Shown here one piece after another: positions 24,486 through 36,566 of a DNA stretch of 64,000 nt. The stretch's first letter is position 1; each line of letters opens with the position of its first letter. This stretch comes from Fimicolochytrium jonesii (lineage: Eukaryota): the NCBI RefSeq assembly GCF_025526975.1, contig NW_026515696.1, positions 62,001 through 126,000 of the forward strand, given 5' to 3'. The notes under the pieces are model-generated. The model had not been told where the DNA came from. It worked only from the letters and a program-made list of their open reading frames with translations, and searched no databases. Both the position numbers and the translations under genes were made by a program.

Positions 24486-26774
24486 AATCATATCTGAAAT
24501 ATTCTTCGTTCGAGTGTTGAACATTGGGGCGGGCCCAGGAAACTTATACCTCCTCATTTGATGCTGCCTTTGACATTTTGCTCCACTTTGCCATTGTTGG
24601 GAGCGATCGCTGTTGTTTTGTGGCTTTTCAAATTGTTCAACCTCCCCATGCTATTGTCGCACAATTCAACCTCGCCATGTGTGGAACCCCTCTGCGTTCT
24701 CATCAGGCTCTGTGCAGAGTGTGTGAAATCGGTCGAAGTGTGAAAACGACCTCTTCCCACGTCCGTTTCCTCTTTATTGGCAACTTCTCTTCGTAAGTTA
24801 TTCATGCCACTGGCATCTCGCTACAGTGGCTCCAGCGACAGAGAAGGTGCTTCATAAGGGAAGTGATGCTCCTGTTGTGGCAGCAGATGGATGTTACGGT
24901 TACGTACTCGGCCGTTGCAGCCCGTGAATGAGGACACAGGTTACGATCCCTGGGGTATCAGGGTATGGTTGAGGACCGGAGGAGGAGCGGGGATGAACTG
25001 GACGTTCTCTCTGCTTGTTCATGCAGGAGTTGGTAAGGATCAATTCCATGTAATCATTTTCCCCATCGGTGTTGGCCCCGAGGACGAGGAGATAGTAGTT
25101 GGACCCGGGGGTATGCTCGCAGGCGCCGGAGATTGTGGCACAGATCCTCTCGCTGCTCATCCAGGAGGAGAGCGCATCCAGCTTGTATTCGTGATTTGTC
25201 TCCGTTCAGCGTCAGATAAATGTGGGTCTTTCCTGAGCCACAGCCATAACGGGGGATCGAAAGTGAACCACCTGGTCTGTCTGTCGTCGCCCCTTGCTTT
25301 ATCATCGTTGTTGTTTGGTGGTGGTTGTTTGTGTCCCTCGTCGTTCGTCCCCTTGTCGTTTTGGGATTTTTGTTCTGGTCGCTTGTTGTTGCGCTGCTGC
25401 TGCTGCTGCGAGTTTTTTTCTTGGTCTCGTGCCGCCAGTGGAACTACGACGGGCTTCCTTGGCAACATCAGCTTCGTCACCTTCATCTCTCCATCAACCA
25501 CCACGCGAAATGGGACGAGGAGCTGGTTCGCCATTCACAGACACTCAAGGCGATGCTTGAGGGGCGGGTGAAACTTCTAGCCTTATGCTTGAGCATGTTT
25601 TGGGCTCACATGAGGTTCATTGGATGACTACATGACAAATTACAGCTCTACTTGTCTCTTCCTTGTCGCTGTTGCGCATCCTGCCGTCGTTGTTCTTGAC
25701 AACTACACGACAAAACAAGATGGCTTCGTTGTTGGGAATATATTTTCATACTTGCTCTGCGGGGGAAAATGCACTGGAAGGCACACGAGTGTTCGTCTCG
25801 TATTTGCGTTCTCCTCTGCGCTTAATGATCGGGGTCGGAACAACCCCCCCCCCCTTCCCCCTTCATTTCGCGCACTTATTCCAAGCAAGTTCCGGCGGGG
25901 GTCGCGGAAGGACGGGACGAATCCGGAGTGCGATAAAATCTAGCCAGGGGGCCTTTGATGTGAAATCAGCATGCATTCCCGTGGTGTGGACCCCATCGCC
26001 AACAGAGGACGTCTCACACTCGACGCGTGCGAACAGCTTACATAAGCAGCACCTCGACGCGTCGTCCGACAACTCGTTCGAACGTCCGCGTCCTTCTGAT
26101 CGTTCCGTGAAAAGAAAGAAAGCCGGCAGGGCAGACAACACAACCTCGATGCCAAAGCCAAGAAGAAACCCGTGAAACACTCCCCTTTCGCCTCTCCACA
26201 AACTCAAGTGGGCAAAGCAGCACAGCTGGTCTCGAACACATGGAAGGGGTTGCTTACCCATACGGTGCAACGCACGGCCTGCAATTTGAGTGAGCCACAT
26301 GGCACACGCTCGTTGGTGAACGGGGTGTGGAAATATATACATACATATCCCTGCATTTGTTGCTGTAGCAGTTGGGAGAAGGCGGCTTGGTGTGCACCAT
26401 AGTCTCCGCACACCGACGTATTCGTTTCAGAATCGATGGAACCCGCAAAGGGCCAGTTCGCACCCATCGCACACCCCCTCCTCCCCCCGCTATCACCCCA
26501 CACCCAAGATATATGCGCCACGGCAAAATAAGGAACGTATTCGATTATGTCCAACATACGGAGCTGGCCAACCCCCCCCCTTCCCCCCCCCTCCCACCAA
26601 AAAAAACACAAAAAGATCAAGTCGCGAAACCTCTCACCCTAACCTACAAACAAAAACTTTACATATTGAACAACGGTGCAAAACCCACTCGTGAAGGGGT
26701 ATATACAGGTCCCAGGTATCCAAAAAGTCCACGTCGGCCCGACTCCCATTCACGCCCCACTCACACCCCGTCCA

Positions 26775-29700
26775 TCACCGCATCCGCGCGCTTGACGGCT
26801 CCTCCCCGTTCACGCGCGCGCCCCTCTCCCAACACCGCCCCAGCGCGTCCTGCAAATCTCTAATCCCCACGGGCTTGGTCACGTAATCGCGCATCCCGCA
26901 TTCCAGACAGCGCGCGCGGGATTCGGTGGATGCGTTGGCGGAGAGACCTATTATTTGTGGGATGATTGTCGGGTGTTGTTGTTGTTGTTGTTGTTGTTGT
27001 ATTGAGTCATGCAGGGTGGTGAAGAAGGCCAGGAGGGTTTCAGTGGCTTTGAAGCCGTCCATTCTAGAACAAAAAACAAGAGGTTTAGTCGGTGGGTGTG
27101 CCAAAATAAAATAGAATTCAGAAAGCGTGAGAGATGGAAAGATGGGGATGGTGTGTATGGTAACGCATGATTTTACTCACACAGGCATCTGCAAATCCGT
27201 AAACACCACCTCAAACGGCAGATCCGGCCCCTGTTGCATATACCTGCCCGCAACAACCCTAACCATCTCCTCGCCATCCCTCACCCACGCCACATCGCCG
27301 TACCCCAATTTCGCAAACATGCTCAACACCATGCGCGCGTTCACGGGGTTGTCTTCCGCGACCAGGATCCGGAACGGGAGGCGGGTGGAGAGGTGCGGGT
27401 CCCAGTGGCGGTGGTACGGTTGTTCGCTTGGCGAGTCGGCGGGGGGTGTGAGGGGTGGCGCGTTTGTGGGATTGGATTCCAGGAACACGCTGCGGGTGGT
27501 GTGCATGTACCCCTGCTCATGTGAGGTGGTCATCGACCCCGCCGGTGTATTTGACAGACCACCACCCCCGTGCGCAGGGGCGAACGGCACGCTGAAACAG
27601 ATCGTCGTCCCCCCACCCACGATGCTGCTCTCGACCCAGATCCGCCCGTGCATGAGGAGCACGAGATGCTGCGCGATGGCGAGGCCGAGGCCGGAGCCGC
27701 GGTGGTTGAGGTGGGCGGTGGCGGCGAGCTGGGTGAAGGGGCGGAATAGGGCGGGGATTTGGTGGGTGGGTATACCTGGCGCGGAAATCAATCGGAAAGT
27801 AAGCGCGGGGGGCGGACTCTCTGAGGATACACACAGGGGGATGATATCCCCACTACCTACCGCATCCGGTATCCTTCACGCTAAACTTGACAACCAAGGG
27901 CGATACACCTCCACCTCCACCTCCACCTCCGTCCCCATCCGACATCGGTATGCCACCTTTCTCAACAGCAACACCCACCTCCACCCTCCCACCCCCGCCA
28001 CAAAACTTAACCGCATTCCCCACCAAATTCACCACAATCTGCTTCACCCGCGTCTCATCGCCCATCACCCAGTGCGGCACATCCTCCGCAATCGCCCAGT
28101 TCACATCCACCTGTTCTGCATCACCCGTCAGTCGTGCTGGCAGAGGCCGCACGAGGTTCGCCGCGTCGTTGAGGAGGGCGGGCAGGTTTAAGGATTGGTG
28201 GGCGAGTGTGAAACACCCGGCCTCGATTTTGCTGAGGTCGAGAGTGTTGTTGATGACGCGGAGGAGGTGTTGGCCTGCGGTGTGGATGGTCGTGATGTAG
28301 TCAAGTTGGGTGGGTGTGAGGGGGTGCGTGTCCAGTAGCAGTTCCGACATGCCTGCGGGGCCCCCACCAAAACAAGAAAAAGGGGGGTCGGTTGATTGTG
28401 ACGACGCAAGGGGGTGTAGTTTTCACAGGGGACACAGTGACTGACCTAAACAAGCATTCATCGGCGTGCGAATCTCATGGCTCATATGATTCAAAAACTG
28501 CGTCTTCTCCCTGCTCGCCAGATCCGCCTGTTCCCTCGCCTCCCGCAACCCATCCTCCATCAACCCCCTCTTCAGCTCCGCGCCCACGCGTTCCGCAAAC
28601 ACCCGCATGCCCAACTTGATATACTCCAACTCCTCCCCGTCGACCGCCTCATCGGGATCCCGCACATCCATGAGGCCGATGTTCCCGATGAAGCCGCCCG
28701 TCTCCGTGTCGTTGATCGCGAGGGCGATGTAGACTTTTGGCGGCGGGGAGAGGAGCTGGAAGAAGGGGAAGTCGGGGTAGAGGGAGGAGAGGGCGGTGGG
28801 GATGTGCACGGTGGGGGATTTGAAGGTGAGGTAGCAGGGGCTGCCGTGGGAGGCGTAGGGGACGGAGGCGAAGGCGGGGTTGACGCCGGTTTTGCGGTCC
28901 CTGTGTGCGGGTGAAGGGCGGGGGGAGTTAGATGATGTGAGGGGAGAGATTTGAGGAGGGGATGGGGCTCTACCAGAAGGACATGACGCGGAGCATTTTG
29001 TGGTGTCCGTCTGCGTCGACGCCGCCGGAGGGGATGGCGGCGGCTATGAAGGCGTATTCGAAGTTTGACCTGTTTTCAGATGGGGGAACTGAGTGATTAG
29101 GGTAGTGGCCCTACATTTTGGGCAATGGCCGCACTTTATCCGAGAAGGAGATGGCAAACGATCATACACACCAAGCGCCTAGATTCTGCAATGCAATATC
29201 AAAAAACCCCTTCCCAATCGCCGAGCATGCGCCCTCAAACATCCCCTTGAACCGCGCCCTCAACTCCCTCGGGCCCCTATTCTTCGGCAGCTCACAGAAA
29301 CTGCTAGCGCTCGACACTCTCGACAGCGTGCGGGCCGTTATCATCCCGTCCTCACACGACGACGATGCGCTCAGCGGCCGCGACGGCGGGGAGAGGGTCA
29401 CGATCGTTTCAGGCGGTGTATAATGGAACACGAGCATCATGCCCGGGCGGCACGTTGACTCGCCTCCCTCGGCAGGAGCGGGGTAGATGTATTCCAACGC
29501 GTGGGCCTCGACGGCGGCTGTGAAGGCCGACCCGTCTTTGCGGCGGCATGCTATGTGTGTTGTTCCTGGGGGCACGCGGATGGTTTCGGCGCGGTGGAGG
29601 GTGGAGGCGAGGATGTCGTTGAAGCGGGCGAGGAGCCAGGCGACTGCGCTGTCCGTTGTTGATGTGGTTGATGTTGTTGCTGTGCCGAGGATGTGTGCGA

Positions 29701-30132
29701 GCACGCCCGGACCGAGGGCTTCGAGTTCGTCTTCTTCATAGCCGAAGAGGGCTGCAGCTTGCGGGTTGGAGTCGGAAATTAGGAGCTGGTCGGCGTGAAC
29801 TGCTTTGCGTTGGGTTGGTGTCGGTGCTGGTGAGCAGGCGAGGGCGGTGGTGGCGTCGCTGATGGCAAGGCGATGGGGCATCAACACCACGACGGGGTTG
29901 GCATTTGTGTTGATTAGGAACTTGAGCAGCGAACGATCTCGAGCTGGATAACAGGAGACTGCATGAGATCCAAGTTCGGGATGAGGAGGCGGAAAGAAAA
30001 GGGGATTCCGTGCTCACTAGAAAGATATGCCTGCGACGTGCAAAAACTGCCCATCACCGCTCCCATATTCACATTCAGCTTCCCGGCTGCAGCAGCCGCC
30101 CCGTTAACCCCGCCAGTCTTTTGTTCACCCAT
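26775..30132 (-). CDS. Hybrid sensor histidine kinase (PAS, GAF-like, HisKA, HATPase, receiver), multi-exon; start codon uncertain
   Basis: PAS: DSNPQAAALFGYEEDEL..CRRKDGSAFTAAV; H-box EKTQFLNHMSHEIRTPMNA; N-box GDETRVKQIVVNLVGNAVKF; G boxes DTGCG and GSGLGLAI; receiver RILVAEDNPVN..VFTDLQMPV|MDGFKAT..YVTKPV. Confidence 0.92.
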
Positions 30133-30912
30133 CAGCTCTCAAATTAGTTCCGTTTGATAAAGGTGGCTCGTTTTCGATGTAATCAAGACAAATATAACTT
30201 GCGAAATCCGAACGCAGAAAAGTATCGCTTCAGAAGAGTTCAAAACTTTGAAAGTGTCGAACGAATAGTTGAATATCAAAGTGCCACCGGTATTGTAAAC
30301 AGTGTGCAGTAGGGGTGCAGAGGACCTCTGTCGTATCTTGAACCCCAACGTTTGCCGTCATGCAGTCACAAAACAATCGGGACACCTGTTGGCAGAGCTT
30401 TGCGGAGACTGACTGAGTGTGTTTACCAAGTCGAAGGCTATCGTCACGAGGCTAGCGCATCTCAGCGCCGACATAATGGACTCCGTTCGGAGGTTGCTTA
30501 GTAAGCTTCTCTATTTTTCCTTCTCGAGTGTATAAACAACAGATAACCCTAGCTTCCCTTTCCTTGTCCCCTTATCTCTTTTGAGCGATCGAGTGCTATG
30601 CCTGAAGGCTACGGTAGGGAGGGATGGGATGGCTCGAAGAAGATGGACTAGCTATCGGGAGCGCAGAGCGCATTTAGGACCTAATGTCCAGGGAAACCCG
30701 TAAACCCATAAAATATGTGTTGATCGAGCCGTAGAAGGCGATGTTGATGAACAGACCGGTGTATGCGGCGAATGCGGCGTCGGAGGAGGTGCTTAGTGCG
30801 GTGGGTGATGAGGTGGGATACTAAGCAACCTCCTCCTCGTCCATAGCCTCTAGAGGAGTGCGTTCCTCGTCCAGAGCAGACAGTACGTCTCCAGTACGTT
30901 TTGCGCGCCAGG

Positions 30913-30925
30913 CTAACCCTAACCC
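30913..30925. repeat. Short telomere-like tract ctaaccctaaccc
   Basis: Read directly; intergenic between the divergent histidine kinase and chromodomain genes. Confidence 0.6.
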
Positions 30926-31295
30926 CAAGCCCCCTGCGGCCTAAACGCTCCTAACGGTCCTTCCCGTCGGCCAGCCTCCCCACAAGTTCCCAGATGCCTC
31001 AAAAGAACAGAGCACGTTTGGAGATACAGCAGGCATACTCCGACCCCTGCCAATTCACGTCTCGCTTGCCAATCTCCATTGAGGATTCATCCAAGTTCCA
31101 CACCGAGTCAGTCGATCCGCGGCCCACTTGGAGTGCCATTTCCGGGGCTTTGTATTAGGTTCACTGCTTGACGCTTGTTCCCCACCCCTTTTCTCTACGA
31201 GAAAGAAGGGAGTCCTCGGTGACGTTGACCACACTCTACCTCACCATATTCGGCAGAGCTGAACGAAGCCAAAAGAGGCCCCCAACACTGCTAAA

Positions 31296-32628
31296 ATGTA
31301 TATGCCCATCGACCTATCAGGCCACGGGCAACTCACAGCGGTCCCGCCCGGAACGGCTATGGAGCAGATATCCCGAATATGGGCAACCGATCTGCCACCG
31401 CCCGCTCCCCAGGGGGTGGGCCAGATGGTCCCTGCAGCAGGGGTAGCCTTCCCAATGGTGGGAATTGTAGAGTCAGACGTTGGGGATGGGCAGGCCTTGC
31501 AGACTCCAATACCGTCAGCCCCAGCGGTGGGGCCAGGAGCAGAAGTTGTGGGAGTTGGGCAGGCTTTGCAGACACAAACACCGATTTTGCAGACTGAAAC
31601 ACCGAATGCCCCACCAATGGTGCGAGTTGTAGCACCAGACAGTGCGGTTGATCATGCCTCGCAGACGCAAACACCGATTATCCCACCGGAAGGAGGGATC
31701 AAGAGGACATTGTCGGAGTTCCTTGCAGACCGACGCAATGTCACAGATGTGAGCACGACGGCGCCATCGAGCTACCCCGTGAACACAGTTGCAAAACGAA
31801 AGCCCTTGCCTACGAAGACGTCGCAGAAAAAAAAAAGGGTGTAGCAGCACTTCCACAACCGGGCATTCGTAATAGTAAGAATCTGACGGGCCCTGGGCGG
31901 CCACTTCAGGCCACGGAGCCGAGTGAGCCTACTTTCAAGCGGGCTCGCCCGGCAAGTCTTACATCGATAGATATCAGGAACGACAATATGGTATCTGTTC
32001 CGCCCACCGCTGTGAGCGGGGCAGCTGCAAATAAGGCGTCTTCTAGCAACTCGCAAGCGGCCGACAACTATACAAAGGTACATACAAAGCTTTTTTGTCC
32101 GGTCTTGCAGCGAGAGGTCTCGATTTGAGTATTACCCCTTCAATGAAACCGAAACAGCAGCAGAAAGCCGCGAAACTAGCAAAAATGGCCACCATCGAAC
32201 CGCCGTACCTTCATAACCAAGAATACGCCTATGTGTCCAAACGGCTAGGGCAACAGGAGCAGAAAGGACGGGCCAAACACAAGAAATTGAAAAAGAAAGC
32301 AGTGGATGAGGATCTCTGGGTCGTTGAACGTATCCTCGCCGTACGGCAGGCATCAGATGATGTGGATGACGAGCCGATGCACCCGGGAGACCTCGCCGGT
32401 CCGAAGGTTGACAAGGAGTATCTGATCAAGTGGGATGGGTACGGGCATGACCAGAACACATGGGAGCCAGAGGAGCATATTGGACCGTACGTTGTGAAAG
32501 CGTTTTGGGCGCGGAGAGAACGGGCGAAGAGGCGGGTTGAGATGGCTTTTGCCGTCGTCTTGTGGGTAGTGAGATTGAGAAGGCGGGTTGAGAGGCCGAT
32601 GAACATGGAAACAACACCATCTACATGA
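31296..32628 (+). CDS. Chromodomain protein with a low-complexity N-terminus; apparent frameshift at A10 run 31827-31836, probable intron 32078-32157; 5' end uncertain
   Basis: DLWVVERILAVR..KEYLIKWDGYGHDQNTWEPEEHI..VVKAFW (aromatic-cage chromodomain); upstream internal repeat VGxGQALQT. Confidence 0.65.
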
Positions 32629-33282
32629 TAGCTAGGCGACCTTCTGCACGAGATCGGACATAGGCTGCCTGTCATCGTACGCCGTCATATCTGCCCTGTA
32701 CGATGAAACCTCGGAAATCTCTACCCGTAAAGCTATTTTGAATCTGCAACTCCGCACACTGTTGGGCCGAGAGACGCAAGCTCCAAGTTGTGCGGGTTAG
32801 GGTTATATAAGACCAGCGACGGTACCCCCATTTTCTATACCTTTTTTTCTAAAAACAATCCACAGGGCGCGAGAGCGTCGTGTACTTATTCTTGTATGCA
32901 TACATACGTACATACATACATCGAGACGAAAACACAGAACATTATAAACGACAACGAGGTATCTGGAGGCTAAAAAATACAGTGAGAGAAGTGGAGGAGA
33001 AACCAGGCATGTTCGAAAACCTACAACCATATACAAAACCACCTCAATGGTGGGAACATTAGAAGAGGGAAAGGGATACCGTACATACAACGCGGGTGGG
33101 TAGACAACGCCGCGCCAAAGAGAGGAGAGAAAACGAAGAAGACCAGAAGGAGGAGGACGAAGAGGTGTACATGTACAGGTGTGAAGGAGCATTAGTCGTA
33201 CAGAGCCGAAAAGACAGGCGAGAAAAAGGGAAACCAAAGATAGACACTGGCGTAAGGCAAGCCTACCCAACGAAAACACGCA

Positions 33283-35445
33283 TCACCCACTCCCAAGCTC
33301 CGGTAAATCCCTCAAAACCCTCTCCCTCACACTCTCACCAAGGTCCGGCAACAAGCTTGCAAGCAGAGCCCTCAAGCGCGAGTTCTCATCCTCATCCCCC
33401 TCCCTCAACGGCATATTCACCGCTCCTCCTCGTGCCGATGTTGGCACCGCGGGCACCGAGGTTTTGGTAAGGCTGTCGTTAGTGTTTCGTCGACTGGGGC
33501 CGCCGCGACGCGGGTTGACTTGGGTTTTGTTGCGGTGGAGGTTTGTTGTTGATGTGGAGGGCGGGAGGAGTGCGGGGGATGATGATGGGGCTGAAGCTGG
33601 GGTGTCGATTTCCATGGCGGGGGTATCGGTGTTGCTGTTATCGGGTTGCGGTTCGCGCGTCGGTCGGACGAGAGTCGTGCTCCAGGAGAGGCGTCGGGGG
33701 CCGGGGAAGGTCGAGTCGTCTAGCAGTAGGGGTTCGTCTGCTTGTTGATTTTCGGCATTGCTAGGATGTTCTGCGGGGGGAGCGATGAGTTCCGGGACCA
33801 GGATTGCGGCGGCGGAGTCGGTGTCGATGTCCATGGGCACGGGGGGTATGAACGAGCTTTTCCGCGGCGGGGCTGTGAATTTGACGTGTGGCATCTCCTC
33901 CTTGATGGCAGGCGATTCGGGTTCGGCAGCGTCGGCGTCGTCTGCCAGTGCGTCCAGGTCATGCGCAGTGACTCTCGCAATGGGACACTCAGCCTCCTGC
34001 AAGATCCGCTTCACATTCTCATCCACATCTTTTTTCAAAACTCTGCCACTCGCCGCTTCGATTTCCTCGATAGTAGTGCCAGCGTGGGTATCTCCACCAC
34101 CACCGCTCAGCGCCATCCAAGCATTTTCCTCGTCGGCGACGTTTGCGTCGAGATTGGCGACTTGTCTGCACATGGGGCAAAGGAACATGCCGCCGGAGCC
34201 GAGAAGGGGCGTGACGCATTTGTAGTGGAAGCAGTGGGAGCAGGGTGCGAGGAAAAGGGATTGGAGTGGGGAGAGGTTGTTGAGGCAGATGCAGCATTCG
34301 GAGGTGGGTATATCGGATGAACTTGCGGAGGGGTTCATTGCAGTTATTAGGTTCTCCAATGCGCCTTTGAGTCTGTTGTTCGAATATCAGAGAGAGGACG
34401 TATGAGTATGCGTACGGACATCCGCCAACTGTAAAGAAAAACGCTGGCAGCGCTCATACAGTCCCCAACATACCTTCGTGGATCAACAATCTTCGGCGGT
34501 CCAGCCTTCACAGTGATGAATATCTTGAACATCACACACTTGTAGATCTCCTCAGCGCGACCTTGATAGTCAACGCCCAATTGCACAACATCCCCGTTCT
34601 TCAGCACATATGGAGACGACTCACTCCCGCTATTGCTGAGCCGCAGCCGGTTCAGAAACGTGCCGGACGACGACCCAATGTCTAGATGCCGGTGGGAAAG
34701 TCGGAGAATGGTGTCATGAGGATGACTGTATCGCCCACTAACACATACTAACAGACTCTCGAAAGAAATCTCACTCACCGCGAAAGTACAGCTTTCCGTC
34801 CTTTCCCACCCACATCTCCGCATGCGTTCGGGACACGACCTTGGATCGAAACGCAACGAATTCCGCCTTCCGCTTGATCGTCTTTGTGCGCGAGACACCC
34901 GAGCGGGACGGCACGGACGATTCCCTGCTCTTCGATTTGGTCCGGTGGCCGCCGCGGGTATTCCTGTCTTCGCCAGGCTGTGCCTCCTCCTCATCCATCA
35001 TCATCTCGTCGAGATATTGCGCAACGGACGGGTTATCGACGGCAAACTCCATCTCCTCAACCCCGTTAGCGACATTATGGGCCCTGTCACCTCGGCGAGT
35101 CTTTTGTCTGGTCAGGGACTGCGATAAGGAATTTTCTCCCACGCTGCTGGAATGGCGGTCGACCTTCCGACCTATCCGCACGATGCTTCCCGGGACGAGG
35201 TCCTTTTCGACGGGCGAGAACGAGAAGGCAGTGTAGCTGTGCAGGAGCGAACGGCCAAAGGGGCCTGTGGGTTGGTGGGGCCGGTCCGAATGTGGGAATA
35301 ATTGCACTCGAACGGTTAATTGTGATTGTGATCTGTCCCCACTGCCGACTGTTCGAGAGCTTGTTGCGCTGCCGGAGCGCTCGTCCATGCGAGGAGGCGA
35401 TGCTCGGCGCAGATAGGAGGAGGACGGAGCTGATGTGCCCAGCAT
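33283..35445 (-). CDS. DMA1: FHA-RING E3 ubiquitin ligase, Dma1/Dma2-like
   Basis: FHA: VRIGRK..FVAFRSKVVSRTHAEMW..|DIGSSSGTFLNRLRLS..LKNGDVVQLGVDYQG; RING-H2: ECCICL..LFLAPCSHCFHYKC..FLCPMCRQVANLD. Confidence 0.92.
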
Positions 35446-35783
35446 CTTCCCGGTGGTTTATTGGGTTTTGCTGGGAGTCGGTATGGCACAGTTCTTGGCG
35501 ACGTTTTCCGTGACGTGAGCCTCGATGACTGTCAGTACGCAACGCAAGGAAGGAGGAGACTCCTACAGACTCTCGCTGTCTCTGCTTTTTTTTTCTTGCT
35601 CTCAGCACCGCACACCAGCACACGGAGAGGAGCGTCCTCGTCGTCGTCGCCCTGTCTCGCACGCCGTCAAACGTATTCACAGTACGCAAAATGCGTGCCT
35701 GCCTTGTGTACTGAACACGATAATGTGTGCAACCCAAGCAGGGGGGCCGTGCGTCATGTTTAAGCACCGCAGCCAGCAATAAC

Positions 35784-35852
35784 TTAGGGTTAGGGTTACA
35801 GCCTTCGCGCGAACTACTGTAGGTGGGGTTAGGGTTAGGGTTAGGTTAGGGT
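35784..35852. promoter_or_regulatory. Two TTAGGG arrays about 340-410 bp upstream of DMA1 (telo-box-like)
   Basis: ttagggttagggtta (35784-35798) and gggttagggttagggttaggttagggt (35826-35852); regulatory role is inferred. Confidence 0.5.
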
Positions 35853-36566
35853 AACGTGGCTCGGAATAGCGTCTTCTTGAAGGGTTAAGTTCCACTCAGC
35901 CTATAGGTGAAATCCTGCACTTGTCCACCAATGTTCCCGTATTTCCAGTATCGACCAACGAAACGATGAAGTCATCTGCAGAGATCCACGCCGAAGTGCT
36001 GTAAGTCTGACATGCTGATGAAACGGTCGAACGCGTACCACTCGGACCTCGCAAGAGTGGAGTCTAGGTTGTCTCAGGAGTCGAGGTTATTGTGATTCCA
36101 AAGGAAGACTTGGGGCTACTTTGCGAAAAGCGCCGCGATTGGATAAGCACCCTTGCAATGCGTTTGACAGTTTCGCTGGCTGTGAAGTGACCCAGTTCCC
36201 ACCACAGGATATGATTATACATGTTGCGCAAGCTCTATTGATATTGCTTTTGCATTTTTCCATGCCTTCTGATCCCTATCGCACTGCAGCAATCCCATCA
36301 AAAAATGTTTCCATCCCGGCATCAATATTTGAATTTCAGGGTGTGTTGGGCCTCTGATGTGCGTCTGTGTGCATGTCAGGTTTCCGACGCGTTCTCGAAG
36401 TTTGTCTGTCGTTGTCGGCGTCGTTAACGGTGAACGGTGAAGGTAGGTGCGGTGTACGCGCGCAGCTCGTCTTTCCTCGCAACTAGCAAAGGTGGCGGCG
36501 TCCCACAATCCATAAGCATCGGCGAACTCGTCCCTGCGCCGGCTCATGTAACAGCCAGCCACCGCT

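Noticed and set aside
26974..27000. (TGT)n tract, and (GAG)n at 50856-50900
   Set aside because: Ordinary coding polyQ and polyE microsatellites
32095..32628. Chromovirus (Ty3/gypsy) integrase chromodomain
   Set aside because: No RT, RNase H, integrase core or LTRs seen nearby; the upstream sequence is low-complexity
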